Counted from the stretch's first letter, positions 49,433 to 59,845 are shown. The stretch is 64,000 bases of DNA from an uncultured Desulfosarcina sp. (GCA_963674945.2 CAXXWQ010000003.1:1760001-1824000), one strand, 5' to 3'. Program-made: numbers and translations. Notes: generated by a model not told the origin, from the letters alone.

Positions 49433-50686
49433 TTATTTCATATGGACAGTAAGGAGTCCCACAATCGAACCGGTCATACAGGTAGCCAGGGTTCCCGCAA
49501 CGATCGACCGTAATCCCAAAGAGACGACCTCATTGCGGCGATCCGGTGCCATGGTCCCCAGGCCGCCGATCATGATCCCCAGGCTGCCTGGATTGGCAAA
49601 TCCACACATGGCGTAGGTCATGATCAGCATGCTTCGATGACCCAAGGTCCCAGGTGGCAGGCCGGATAGTTCCAGGTATGCCATGAGTTCGTTGAGGACG
49701 GTCTTTATGCCCATGAGGCTTCCGGCAGCCGGCGCCTCGGACCAGGGAACGCCCATCAGCCACACCAACGGTGCCATTACCCAACCCAAAAGCCGCTGGA
49801 GAGTGATCGGACGTCCTCCTGCATCGAAAAACAGCCCGAGCACCGTATTGGCAAGAGACACGAGCGCCACCAGCACAATGAGCATGGCAATGATATTGAT
49901 TAAAAGCTCAACACCCTGTAATGTGCCCCGGGTGATGGCATCCATACTCGTACCATCTTGTCCCTCAACATCCAGTTTTCCCTCAGTGGTGGTATCCGTT
50001 TCGGGGACCATCACCTTTGCCACGGTTACCGCTGCCGGGACGCTGATGATCGAGGCCGTCAGGATATGGCCCATCACTCCGGGAATGGCCCCTTCCAGAA
50101 TACTGGCATACAAAACCATTACCGTTCCTGCTATTGTGGCCATTCCGGCGGTCATGACGGTAAACAGTTCGCTACGGGTCATTTTCGACAGATACGGACG
50201 AATGAACAATGGGGACTCCACCATCCCCACGAAGACGTTGGCTGAGACGCCGAGACCTTCGACACCGCCCAACCCCATGGTTTTTCGCAGCACCCATGTA
50301 AACCCGCTGACCACCAAAGGCAGGATGCGCCAGTGAAATAACAGCGCTGACAGGGCACTCATCACCAAGACAAGCGGAAGCGATCGAAATGCCAAAATGA
50401 ACGTGGTGCCGGGATGGGTTTCCGCAAAGGGCAGTTGTGCCCCGCCGAGGTAGCCAAAAACGAGGGATGTACCGGCCGTCGTGGCCTTTTCCAATGCCAT
50501 GACGACATCGTTTAGAAGCAAAAAAAACTCCCTGAAAACCGGCACTCGCAATAAAATGAGACCGAGGATCAATTGCGTGATGATTCCCGCCGTAACCAGT
50601 TTTACGGAAACATGCCTGCGATTTTCTCCCATCAACCAGGCCAGTACAAGAAACACGAACAATCCGACCACTCCCCGCAGGACCAT
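49433..50686 (-). CDS. Concentrative nucleoside transporter (NupC/CNT family)
   Basis: ANVFVGMVESPL, SELF..MTAGMATIAG, KTVLNE, CGFAN.GS. Confidence 0.92.
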   Translation of the reverse strand: MVLRGVVGLFVFLVLAWLMGENRRHVSVKLVTAGIITQLILGLILLRVPVFREFFLLLNDVVMALEKATTAGTSLVFGYLGGAQLPFAETHPGTTFILAFRSLPLVLVMSALSALLFHWRILPLVVSGFTWVLRKTMGLGGVEGLGVSANVFVGMVESPLFIRPYLSKMTRSELFTVMTAGMATIAGTVMVLYASILEGAIPGVMGHILTASIISVPAAVTVAKVMVPETDTTTEGKLDVEGQDGTSMDAITRGTLQGVELLINIIAMLIVLVALVSLANTVLGLFFDAGGRPITLQRLLGWVMAPLVWLMGVPWSEAPAAGSLMGIKTVLNELMAYLELSGLPPGTLGHRSMLIMTYAMCGFANPGSLGIMIGGLGTMAPDRRNEVVSLGLRSIVAGTLATCMTGSIVGLLTVHMK

Positions 50687-50727
50687 TGATTTTACCCCTT
50701 ATTTTTTCAACTGCTCATTTTCCCGAT

Positions 50728-50985
50728 TCAACCGCCATCTCTGATCAGGACCGTTGCGACCTTGATGTCGTATGCCCGCTTGGGATCGAAGCCACTTCGG
50801 TTCTCGTAGAGAACCTGGGCTTGTTGAATTGCGCTGTAGGGAACCCAGCCGTGGTCATTCCAAATGCCGGGATCATCCTGATTTCTCATTCTGAATTCCA
50901 CCTCTCCATCTTTCTCCCTTACATACATGCGAACCCGTTTATTCTCAGGAAAAGGGTAGTAGTAAATTCCGACTTTGTCCTTCAT
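50728..50985 (-). CDS. Hypothetical protein, 85 aa
   Basis: AGGA SD before ATG 50985; GIYYYP...RMYVR...HGWVPY looks like a conserved globular protein; co-oriented with the transporter. Confidence 0.65.
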   Translation of the reverse strand: MKDKVGIYYYPFPENKRVRMYVREKDGEVEFRMRNQDDPGIWNDHGWVPYSAIQQAQVLYENRSGFDPKRAYDIKVATVLIRDGG

Positions 50986-51280
50986 GCTCTTTGTTCCTTT
51001 GCACCGAAAAAAGATCATTCTCCATATCAAACCTGACGTTGGTCTCTGGCTCTGATGCATAGACAGACACGAACGTTCTTGGGGGCTGTCTGGGAAAGCG
51101 CGTGCTGTTTTTTCCATCATCACATTTATCGAGTCGTCATCAGCGACAATCATATCTCTACCGAAAAATTTTTTATTTTCAAAGATTTTTCTTTTCAGAT
51201 CAATGGATCTAAGATAAATTCCCCGGTTAATCGGCCAACCACAATATTATCGAAGGTCCAATATTTCGGGGATTGTCTGA

Positions 51281-53320
51281 ATGAAAAACCGAAATCGACT
51301 AAAATATCTCGCCACGCCGGCCAAGGAGTGCCCATTCGAAGATTCCCAGCGTTACTTTTTCGAAACTGTCACAGACAGCCATCGAAGCCCAAAGGATGTC
51401 TTGAAGGAACGGGATTTTCAATTGTCTGCGATCATACAGGCATTCGACGGTTTCGTCTATGTATGCGACCAGGACTACCACCTGGAATTCATGAACAACA
51501 AGTTGATCGAACGAACCGGCTTCGACGGCACAGGACAAAACTGCTACAATGTGATTTATGGTCGAAACGCGGTCTGTGACTGGTGTCGAAATGACCGCGT
51601 CTTTAAAGGAGAGACCGTACACGGGGAAATGATGAATCCAATAGACCGGAAATGGTATTATTTCATCGACATCCCGATTTTTCACACAGACGGCACCATC
51701 TCCAAATCCGGTATTATCTTCGACATTCACAGACGAAAAGAAAACGAAAAAAAGAAGGAGAGCCACCGGCGTAAACTGGAAAGACGAGTCCGCGCCCGGA
51801 CCCGGGAACTCACCCTCATCAACAAGTATTTGCTAAACGAAATCGAAGAACGAAAAAAGATCGAAAAATCCCTTCGGGAAAGTCAGGATCGCCATCGTAT
51901 CATCTTCGATGGTTCCCGGGATGCCATTTTCATCACCGGCGCCAACGGATCCCTTCTGATTTTCAATCGAAGTGCCTGCCAGCTGACGGGATACGATTCG
52001 GATGAATTGAAAAATCTCAAACTCTCCGATCTATACATCAATATGGACGAGGATCAACATCACGATTACTATCACCGCATCTGTTCCGGCCAGGCCATTT
52101 CCGGCGAAGCGGAGATCCTTCGGAAAGATGGCAAGACCGTTTTCATCGAATTCAGCAGTCGAAAAATCGTCATCACGGGTGAAACCTGCACCCACACGAT
52201 TGCAAGGGACGTCACGGCCCGGAAAAAATCCGAGGATGCGCTTCGCAGGAGTGTGGCAAAATACCGTGAACTGGTTCAAAACACCAATAGCATCATTATT
52301 CGCTATGATCCATTGGGCCACATTACATTTTTCAATGAATACGCCCGAAAATTCTTTGGATTCTCCGAAAAGGAGATTCTCGGACTCAACATTTTGGGTA
52401 GCATCATACCTTGGCGGTCCTCTTCGGGAAGGGATTACCGCTCTCTGATGCGAGATTTTTTAAAACATCCGGAGCAATACCCCACATATGAGATCGAAAA
52501 CATACGGCGCGACGGGACACGCACCTGGGTCGCATGGACCAATAAAACGGTGTGGGATAACAGACACCGGATCGTCGAAATCATGAGCGTCGGCGTCGAT
52601 GTTACCCAGCGAAAACAGGCGCAGGATCAAGTTCAATTTCTAACCCACCAGCTGATCAAGGCCCAGGAAAACGAAAGACTGAAGATATCGCGGGACCTGC
52701 ACGACCACATCGCCCAGGACCTTTCCACCTTGAAAATTGGACTGGAAACCCTTTTCAAGGATCAATCCAATGACGTGAAACGAAAGTTGGATGGACTCTC
52801 CGATATCTTACAGCGATCCATTGCGGCGGTCAGAGACATGGCATACGATTTACGCCCACCAGGCCTGGATCAACTGGGACTTGTCAAGACCCTTTATCTG
52901 TATTGTGAAGATTTTTCCAAATCCGGTGGCGTGGAAATCGATTTTGCCGCTGCCGGTGTGGATGAGCTCCCAATGGAATATGAGATGGAGATCAACATCT
53001 ACCGGCTGATCCAGGAGGCCCTGAACAACATCAAGCGCCACGCCGGTGCCAGCCATGTGATGATTCGCTTGGTGGCGTCGTCACCGGATATCGTGATTCG
53101 AATCAAAGACGACGGTAAGGGGTTTAATGTGAAAGCCCGTCGAAAGCAGGCATTGGAAGAAAAACGGATGGGACTGCAGAGCATGGTGGAGCGTGTCCGC
53201 CTGTTGGACGGAAAGATTCAGTTCCAGTCAAAGCCCAACATGGGAACCTATATTCGAATTGAAATTCCCTTAAAGGAGAGAGCCAGTGGCTTCCAAAAAG
53301 AGTATCCTGATCATCGATGA
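51281..53320 (+). CDS. Cytoplasmic multi-PAS histidine kinase (HisKA_3/NarX class)
   Basis: Three PAS domains, ERLKISRDLHD, QEALNNIKRH, DDGKGF, GLQSMVER; no TM. Confidence 0.92.
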   Translation: MKNRNRLKYLATPAKECPFEDSQRYFFETVTDSHRSPKDVLKERDFQLSAIIQAFDGFVYVCDQDYHLEFMNNKLIERTGFDGTGQNCYNVIYGRNAVCDWCRNDRVFKGETVHGEMMNPIDRKWYYFIDIPIFHTDGTISKSGIIFDIHRRKENEKKKESHRRKLERRVRARTRELTLINKYLLNEIEERKKIEKSLRESQDRHRIIFDGSRDAIFITGANGSLLIFNRSACQLTGYDSDELKNLKLSDLYINMDEDQHHDYYHRICSGQAISGEAEILRKDGKTVFIEFSSRKIVITGETCTHTIARDVTARKKSEDALRRSVAKYRELVQNTNSIIIRYDPLGHITFFNEYARKFFGFSEKEILGLNILGSIIPWRSSSGRDYRSLMRDFLKHPEQYPTYEIENIRRDGTRTWVAWTNKTVWDNRHRIVEIMSVGVDVTQRKQAQDQVQFLTHQLIKAQENERLKISRDLHDHIAQDLSTLKIGLETLFKDQSNDVKRKLDGLSDILQRSIAAVRDMAYDLRPPGLDQLGLVKTLYLYCEDFSKSGGVEIDFAAAGVDELPMEYEMEINIYRLIQEALNNIKRHAGASHVMIRLVASSPDIVIRIKDDGKGFNVKARRKQALEEKRMGLQSMVERVRLLDGKIQFQSKPNMGTYIRIEIPLKERASGFQKEYPDHR

Positions 53321-53963
53321 TCACCCGCTATTCAGAGAAGGACTCAAGTCCATCATTGCCGCAGATCGGCAATTCGTAGTCGAAGGTGAGGCGGGAAATG
53401 CTCGAGAAGGCCTCAAAACGGCGCAGCATATCAAGCCCGACGTGGCCCTTGTGGACATCTCCTTGCCCGATGAAAGCGGAATGCAACTCACCCGGCGGAT
53501 CCGGGAGGCATTACCGAATACCCGCGTCATGATTATCAGCATGCATTCCAAAATAGACTATATCGTAGAGGCGTTCCAAGCCGGTGCCACGGGATATGTG
53601 GTAAAGGATTCCGCGGCAGGGAGGTTGATCCAGGGACTACATGCCGTCGTCGAAGGCGAATATTTTTTAGACAGCTCGATCAGCCACGAAGTCGTTTCAC
53701 GCCTCATGAAATCACCGGTTCGGGATGCACGCGTCAGCGATGCGGAATACGGACGCCTCACACCGAGGGAACAAGAAATCATGCGGATGCTGGCAGAGGG
53801 GCAGCAAAAATCGACAATTGCCGAACGCCTGTGTATCAGCATCAAGACTGTCGAGAATCACCGATCGAATATCATGCGAAAACTCGATTTGCACAGTGCC
53901 ATGGATTTGGTGCGCTACGCCGCCAAGTTGGGGCTGATCGACATCGATCTGTGGAAGGAATAA
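53286..53963 (+). CDS. NarL/LuxR-family response regulator
   Basis: IDDHPLFREG, DISLP, LTPREQEI, TVENHRSNIMRKL. Confidence 0.95.
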   Translation: MASKKSILIIDDHPLFREGLKSIIAADRQFVVEGEAGNAREGLKTAQHIKPDVALVDISLPDESGMQLTRRIREALPNTRVMIISMHSKIDYIVEAFQAGATGYVVKDSAAGRLIQGLHAVVEGEYFLDSSISHEVVSRLMKSPVRDARVSDAEYGRLTPREQEIMRMLAEGQQKSTIAERLCISIKTVENHRSNIMRKLDLHSAMDLVRYAAKLGLIDIDLWKE

Positions 53964-54109
53964 CTTTTCTCTCGTTCCCTTTTACGGGGCGCAACTCTTA
54001 TTTGCCATAAAAAATCGAACGAGATTGGGGTCTGGTTCGGGCGGCCTATTATTAATCGTTTTTCCAATGAGTTATCTCTTTATTCTCATCTCCTTTCTTC
54101 CGTATTGAT

Positions 54110-54140
54110 CCAATACCCGGGATTTTCTCCCGGGTATTGG
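54110..54140. promoter_or_regulatory. Perfect 13 bp inverted repeat (candidate operator or hairpin)
   Basis: CCAATACCCGGGA-TTTTC-TCCCGGGTATTGG, about 35 nt upstream of a TAGACA-N16-TATGAT promoter-like sequence (54175-54202). Confidence 0.5.
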
Positions 54141-54278
54141 TAATAAATCCTAAAAAAATGAACCCCTTGCCCTATAGACATTTTTTTTTATCTCGATATG
54201 ATGAGACCATAAAAAATATTTGATGGTTGTGTGGAACACTTAAAAATCGTGCAACGAAGACTGAGAAAGGAGAAAACC

Positions 54279-54479
54279 ATGATTTCTTCTCCATGCAAAA
54301 CCTGTGAAAGACGATACGATCCGAAGGATGAATGTCTCAAAGATTGCAAAATTCTGCACGATGTTCAAGAGTTTCATCTCATGACGGCAAAAGGTACAAC
54401 TTACAGCGCCATTGACTGCACAGAGGAAAGTCGCTACCATATCAAGACACCATCCGCAGCCATGGTGAGCTGCTACTAA
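54279..54479 (+). CDS. Small Cys-rich protein (C-x2-C-x9-C-x3-C)
   Basis: AGGAG SD; SPCKTCERRYDPKDECLKDC. Confidence 0.7.
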   Translation: MISSPCKTCERRYDPKDECLKDCKILHDVQEFHLMTAKGTTYSAIDCTEESRYHIKTPSAAMVSCY

Positions 54480-54679
54480 CAATCTGTTTTACCCAAAGAT
54501 CCAGTATCCCCAAGCCTGTTGTGCAGGGGGAAACCTTGCGATGTGCCCGCCTATCGCTTTTCTTCGCTGTTTGGTTGCCAAACGGCGAGAGGTGGTAGTT
54601 GTGGCCGTCGTTTTCTTGTTTCGTCTGTATCGTCAAATTACCGAAGTTGCAAGAGTGCAAAGCCATTGTTGGGTTTATC

Positions 54680-54788
54680 GATGAACTCGTAAAAAATCGT
54701 CAAAATGCGATTTATGCAATTTGCCAATGAATCGTTTCGAATGGTTTCAGCGTCGGGAAGCACGAAGTTACATTTTTACGAGACTATC
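54680..54788. repeat. MITE-like element, family B termini
   Basis: IR GATGAACTCGTAAAAA / TTTTTACGAGACTATC (13/16). Confidence 0.65.
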
Positions 54789-54822
54789 ATATTTCATCAA
54801 CCCCAAAAAGGTTCACCGAAAA

Positions 54823-55098
54823 ATGGGTCCACAAACACCTACCCTCACCGATAACCAGTCGACGTATCGATCCGCAAGCCAAACCGACAAGCCGATCGAT
54901 AAAGGTTACAGCAAAAAAGAGAGCCCATCCGTACATCTGGATATCATTGCCATGGTCCGAAGCCTGCAAAGAACAGCAGGGGTAATGGACTGCTTCAGAA
55001 GGGGCAACGCAGACTGCGACAGCATCGAATGTGACTGGCGTATCTATTGCCTTGGATCCCAAAACGATAAAAAGGATGGTTCGACACCCGAAAAATAG
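54823..55098 (+). CDS. Small protein with a C-terminal 4-Cys motif
   Basis: VRSLQRTAG..DCF......CD..ECDWR.YC resembles the IQxxEGxxxCF...CxWRxDC module of small deltaproteobacterial proteins. Start uncertain. Confidence 0.6.
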   Translation: MGPQTPTLTDNQSTYRSASQTDKPIDKGYSKKESPSVHLDIIAMVRSLQRTAGVMDCFRRGNADCDSIECDWRIYCLGSQNDKKDGSTPEK

Positions 55099-55160
55099 AT
55101 AATCCGCCGATCGTTTTCACCTTTTAAACCTTCAGGTAAGCGGTGTCACCTCCCAGCCTT

Positions 55161-57527
55161 TCAACGGCATGGTTGTCCTTTAACAGCAGACCAAAAGCGG
55201 TTCACCCGACGATGCACCTCCTTCTTTGAATGGACAAAAAACACGGGCCAGTGTTTCGGCAGGAGTTCTTTGTAGTCGTTCCTTCCAAATCGCTGGTCCA
55301 CGAGCAGTACCGTGCCACGATCTTGGTCCGTTCGAATCACCCGGCCGACAGCCTGAAGAACCCGAATGATTCCAGGGAACTTGTAGGCAAAATCGAAACC
55401 CGTCCCTCGTTTATCGAAATAGCTTCGGATCAACTCCCTTTCAGGATCAATTGCCGGCAGTCCGACTCCGACGATGATGGCACCGCTCAGTCTGTCACCA
55501 ACCAGATCGATCCCCTCACCAAAAATTCCCCCCATAACGGCGAACCCGACGATGGCATGCCGATTCTGTTCCGAAAAGTGGGATAGAAACGTCAAGCGCG
55601 CTTCTTCATCCATGCCGGGTGTCTGCACGACGGTTTGGACCCGTGGAACCTTGTCTTGGAAGCGCTCGGCCACCATGGTCATGTATGCGTAGGAAGGAAA
55701 AAAAGTCAGGTAGTTTCCCCTTTTTCCATGGATAAACGCATGCACCAATTCGACAATCGGCGCCACACTCGTTTCCCGCTGTGCATAATACGTGGAAATC
55801 TTGTGGGCGATGAGCACTTGCAAGTGCTTTTGGGGAAAAGGAGAAGGAATGGCGATTTTCATCGCGGTCGGTTCACATCCAAATACATCCTGGAAGTAGT
55901 GCGCCGGCATCATGGTGGCCGAAAAAAAGACGGTGGCGCGAGAGCGCTCCAAGGCCGATTTTATGTGTCGGGATGGATCCAGGCAGAACAATTTGACTGT
56001 GTAGTCTTTTTCAGAGTTCCGGTAGCAAGTCACATAGTGATCGTCGAATCGTTCCCATGCACGCAAGAAGCCTGCGGTTTCGAAATAGACTGTCAGTACG
56101 ATCTCCCGGTACGATGCCGGCTCGTTCTTGGACAACCACCGTCCTGCCACGCGAAGAAAATCGAATAACAAGTGTTCCAGACCTTCGGGTTTTTCGGTAT
56201 TGGAAGCAAAGTCCCCATACCCGGCCGAACCGGAAGCGGTGGATCTACGGACCTTGTTCATCCATGCGTTGATCTTACCGGATGTACGATAGACAGATGG
56301 CAGGTGCGACTTGACAGCTTTTCGTAACGACAAAAATGAGCTTTTTTTCAGTCGGGCGGAAAACATCTCGCGGGAGCGATCCACCAGATTGTGGGCCTCG
56401 TCCACCAAAAATGCGTATTCTCCATTCTCCTCGTCGAAAAACCGCCGCAGGTACACTCTGGGATCGAAGGCATAATTGTAATCACAAACAATACAATCTG
56501 ACCACTGGGCAAGTGCCAGGGACATTTCAAAGGGGCAGACGTCGTATGCGCGGGCCACGGTGGTGATGGTGTTTCGATCCAGATTGTCCCGGGCAAAGGC
56601 GACCTCCATGGCCGCCGGCAATCGATCGAAATGCCCCTTTGCATAGGGACACACATCGGGATTGCAAGTCGCCTCTGTGCAAAAGCAGATTTTTTCCTTT
56701 GCGGTCAGGGCGAGACGCTTTGTCCGCAGTCCCTTCTCCTCCAGAAAATTCAAGGTATCCAGGACGGCAAACTTTCCCGTATCCCTGGCCGTAAGAAAAA
56801 AGATTCGATCGACGCTGCCCCGGGCCATCGCTTTGAGTGCCGGGAAAAGGACCGCAACGGTCTTCCCGATCCCCGTAGAGGCCTGGATGAGTGCCTGCCG
56901 CCTGTCACGCAGGGCACGGTATACGGCAACGGCCATCTCCCGTTGACCCGTCCGATATCGGGCAAAGGGAAAGTCAAGGGAGTCAATGGATTCATCACGA
57001 AGGAGGTGCCATCGGGCGATTTTCGATATCCACGCCACATACCGTTGGATCAAGCCTTTAAAAAAGGTTTGTAATTCGTCGACGGTAAACCTCTCGACGA
57101 GCTCCAACACCTTTGCCGTATCCAATTGATAGTAGGTGAGTCGAACGGAGAGCTCGGGTACACGGCGGTCGCACGCAAGCAGGTATGCATAGACCTTGGC
57201 CTGCCCCCAATGACATGGATGAGGCGTCGATGCAAACCGGCTCAGATCACCCGTCGTGGTCTTGATCTCTTCGATTACGATGGTACCATCGGTTTCGAAA
57301 ACACCGTCGATACGCCCCCCCACAAGCAAGTTGACTTCCGCGGTCTCCACCTCCATGGAAACTGGAACTTCCGCCTCATACCCTTCCGGCCGATTTTTTT
57401 GGATTTGTCGATGGGCACGAATGCCCTCCACGGAACGCCCCGGCAAGGTGAACCGCACATCCAGGTCCCCGGCCCGCAAAACGGCCTCGACCAATGTCCG
57501 GACGGCAATTCGAAGTCGCTTTTTCAC
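55161..57527 (-). CDS. DinG/XPD-family Fe-S helicase with N-terminal PD-(D/E)xK nuclease domain
   Basis: GRIDG...IEEIKT; Q motif YRTGQ; ASTGIGKT; Cys cluster CFC..TCNPDVCPY...CPFE; DEAH; SAT; QAVGRVIR. GTG start 57527 with an AGGAGG SD. Confidence 0.9.
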   Translation of the reverse strand: MKKRLRIAVRTLVEAVLRAGDLDVRFTLPGRSVEGIRAHRQIQKNRPEGYEAEVPVSMEVETAEVNLLVGGRIDGVFETDGTIVIEEIKTTTGDLSRFASTPHPCHWGQAKVYAYLLACDRRVPELSVRLTYYQLDTAKVLELVERFTVDELQTFFKGLIQRYVAWISKIARWHLLRDESIDSLDFPFARYRTGQREMAVAVYRALRDRRQALIQASTGIGKTVAVLFPALKAMARGSVDRIFFLTARDTGKFAVLDTLNFLEEKGLRTKRLALTAKEKICFCTEATCNPDVCPYAKGHFDRLPAAMEVAFARDNLDRNTITTVARAYDVCPFEMSLALAQWSDCIVCDYNYAFDPRVYLRRFFDEENGEYAFLVDEAHNLVDRSREMFSARLKKSSFLSLRKAVKSHLPSVYRTSGKINAWMNKVRRSTASGSAGYGDFASNTEKPEGLEHLLFDFLRVAGRWLSKNEPASYREIVLTVYFETAGFLRAWERFDDHYVTCYRNSEKDYTVKLFCLDPSRHIKSALERSRATVFFSATMMPAHYFQDVFGCEPTAMKIAIPSPFPQKHLQVLIAHKISTYYAQRETSVAPIVELVHAFIHGKRGNYLTFFPSYAYMTMVAERFQDKVPRVQTVVQTPGMDEEARLTFLSHFSEQNRHAIVGFAVMGGIFGEGIDLVGDRLSGAIIVGVGLPAIDPERELIRSYFDKRGTGFDFAYKFPGIIRVLQAVGRVIRTDQDRGTVLLVDQRFGRNDYKELLPKHWPVFFVHSKKEVHRRVNRFWSAVKGQPCR

Positions 57528-57647
57528 CCAACCCCCTCCTTTTTCCCGTTTCGCCTTGCCTTTGGTGCAAACGCGCACTACTGTAATGGTCTACATTTTT
57601 TTGGTCAAGCAACCAATTCACCCCATGGGCAGACAATAGGAGTTGTG

Positions 57648-58607
57648 ATGAAATCGACGGTATTGGGAACAACAGACATCCATCTTTCGACAATCATCAT
57701 GGGAACCTGGCAGACGGGAAAATCCATGTGGACAGGAATCGATGATCGGCAAAGTGAAGATGCCATCCGGGCAGCCTTGGATTGCGGAATCACCACCTTC
57801 GATACCGCCGAGGCATATGGGAACGGCCACTCGGAAAGAATACTGGGACGGGCCATCGGTAGTCGCCGTGACGAGGCAAGGATCTTATCGAAGGTCTTTC
57901 CGAATCATTTGCAGTATGACCAGGTGATCAAGGCCTGCAACCGTTCATTGAAAAACTTGGGTACCGATTATCTTGACCTGTACCAGATTCACTGGCCACC
58001 GGGTTCATTCGGTTCGAAGAAGGTCCCCATGGAAGAAGCCATGGATGCGATGGTGTCGTTAAAAAACCAAGGTAAGATCGCCGCCATCGGCGTGTCCAAC
58101 TTTTCCTTCGACCAGCTTGTCGCCGTATCCCGCATCGGTCCTGTCGAGAGCGTTCAACCGCCCTATTCCCTCCTATGGCGACAGGCGAGTGACAAGATAC
58201 TACCATGGTGCAGGGAAAACCAGGTTTCTGTTCTGGCCTATTCCCCCATGGCCCAGGGCCTTCTCACCGGAAAATTCGGTCCTGCGCACCAGTTTGAAAA
58301 GGGAGACCATCGAAGCAAAAATCGGTTGTTTCAACCGGATCTGTACCCCCATGTACAGCGTGTCCTCCATGCGCTTCGCCCCATGGCCGAAGAGAAAGGC
58401 ATCTCCATGGCGCAGCTCGCCTTGGCCTGGGTAATTGCACAAAAAGGCGTTTGCGCCATTGCCGGAGCCCGAAATGAAAGTCAGGTAAAAGACAATGCAA
58501 AAGCTGCGGATGTCTGCCTTACCGAAACAGAAATCGGAGAAATGGATCGTATCAGCAGGTGGGTCACCGAAAAAATCGACGACAATCCGGTGCAATGGTC
58601 CTGGTAG
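57648..58607 (+). CDS. Aldo/keto reductase
   Basis: GTWQ, FDTAEAYG, DLYQIHWP, IGVSNF, YSPMAQGLLTGK; AGGAG SD before 57648. Confidence 0.93.
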   Translation: MKSTVLGTTDIHLSTIIMGTWQTGKSMWTGIDDRQSEDAIRAALDCGITTFDTAEAYGNGHSERILGRAIGSRRDEARILSKVFPNHLQYDQVIKACNRSLKNLGTDYLDLYQIHWPPGSFGSKKVPMEEAMDAMVSLKNQGKIAAIGVSNFSFDQLVAVSRIGPVESVQPPYSLLWRQASDKILPWCRENQVSVLAYSPMAQGLLTGKFGPAHQFEKGDHRSKNRLFQPDLYPHVQRVLHALRPMAEEKGISMAQLALAWVIAQKGVCAIAGARNESQVKDNAKAADVCLTETEIGEMDRISRWVTEKIDDNPVQWSW

Positions 58608-58702
58608 ACAGCGGACCAATATCACAAAGGCTATTGATTTTTTGATCCGTGCATACTACATCTTGTGCGTCAGGGTTGAATCGGAATCGTCAAGAGGAGG
58701 AA

Positions 58703-59002
58703 ATGATGGCAAAGGCGCCGCTGAAATACCAATTGATCAATCCGGTAAAAATCAGAACCGACGAATCGGACCTGGATTTCATGACCGCGCGAAGCATGGC
58801 CAACAAGAAAGTGAAATCCTTATGTCCGGATCCCAAATTGATCTCCTGGTACAATGCCACCACAGGTGAATCCTATCCTGGAAAAAAGTGCGGCTGTGCC
58901 GGCAAACCAGTATGGCTCAACCATGCGAAATCCTGCAAGTGTGATTTGACGGTCGATATCAATGACGAGCAATTTGTCTTCATCTACCTGACACAACCAT
59001 AA
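58703..59002 (+). CDS. AF1514-like small protein
   Basis: LDF..A...A...DPKLISWY...C...KP.W...DLTVDIND..FVFIY; GAGGAGG SD. Confidence 0.7.
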   Translation: MMAKAPLKYQLINPVKIRTDESDLDFMTARSMANKKVKSLCPDPKLISWYNATTGESYPGKKCGCAGKPVWLNHAKSCKCDLTVDINDEQFVFIYLTQP

Positions 59003-59020
59003 GTTCAATCGATAGCTTAC

Positions 59021-59698
59021 ATGTTCAGCCTAGAGCAATTTCATCAAACCTACGATACGGTCACGACGCCAGTTACCATCGGCGATCGAGCCATTCAGCT
59101 TTTTACCCCTGCATCCATTGACCGCTTCATCGATGCCGATGACGTGATGAACAACTTTCCCTTATGGGCCAAAATTTGGGAGGCATCAGGTGTTTTGGCC
59201 AGCTACCTGACCCGTCTCCCGCCGGATACGAACAAGAAAATGCTCGAAATCGGATGCGGGTTGGGTATGGTGGGCATCGCGGGTGCCAAGGCGGGCCACC
59301 GTGTCACCATGACCGAAATCAATGGCGACGCATTGAACTTCGCCCGGGCAAACGCTCTCGCCAATGATTGCCCGACGCTTACCATCGAAAGGTTGGACTG
59401 GAATGCGCCCCACCTCTCCGGTCGATTCGACTATATCATCGGATCCGAAACCGTTTACAAAGCAGATGACATCGACGGCCTAAAAAAGCTTTTCGATCGT
59501 TATCTCCACCCCGACGGGATTATCCTATTGGCGGAAGGGGTTCGCCGTACCGGCGTCGAATTTTGGGCGCGCATGAAAGATCGTTACGATGTCCAGGCCC
59601 GTCGCCACACCCTTCGATCAGGCACTGAGGAAAAACATGTGGTGTTGTTTCGATTGCGGCCAAAAGACATACATCCAATACAGGCAGACAAAAATTAG
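59021..59698 (+). CDS. Class I SAM-dependent methyltransferase (Methyltransf_16-like)
   Basis: PLWAKIWEAS, LEIGCGLG, LDW, IIGSETVY. Confidence 0.85.
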   Translation: MFSLEQFHQTYDTVTTPVTIGDRAIQLFTPASIDRFIDADDVMNNFPLWAKIWEASGVLASYLTRLPPDTNKKMLEIGCGLGMVGIAGAKAGHRVTMTEINGDALNFARANALANDCPTLTIERLDWNAPHLSGRFDYIIGSETVYKADDIDGLKKLFDRYLHPDGIILLAEGVRRTGVEFWARMKDRYDVQARRHTLRSGTEEKHVVLFRLRPKDIHPIQADKN

Positions 59699-59699
59699 T

Positions 59700-59845
59700 T
59701 AGTGTTCGTCCGGAAATAGGCAAATTTGGTCGAGATCAAGGCGCACGAAAAATTTTACCGGAGGTATATGGTTGATATTCCGAGGATACAATTTTTCGCG
59801 CAACGCCGATATCGGGCAAATTGGCCATTTCTGGATGTATAGTTA
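59700..59845. repeat. Palindromic MITE/REP-like element, family A, copy 2
   Basis: Aligns with 9999-10169 over nearly its whole length but lacks the 26 nt internal hairpin; right end degenerate. Confidence 0.85.

Noticed and set aside
55161..57527. Type IV CRISPR CasDinG or Cas4
   Set aside because: No array or other cas genes nearby; the neighbours are housekeeping genes.
57126..57647. 174 aa N-terminal extension of the aldo/keto reductase
   Set aside because: It overlaps the helicase on the other strand; a good SD and the family start lie at 57648.
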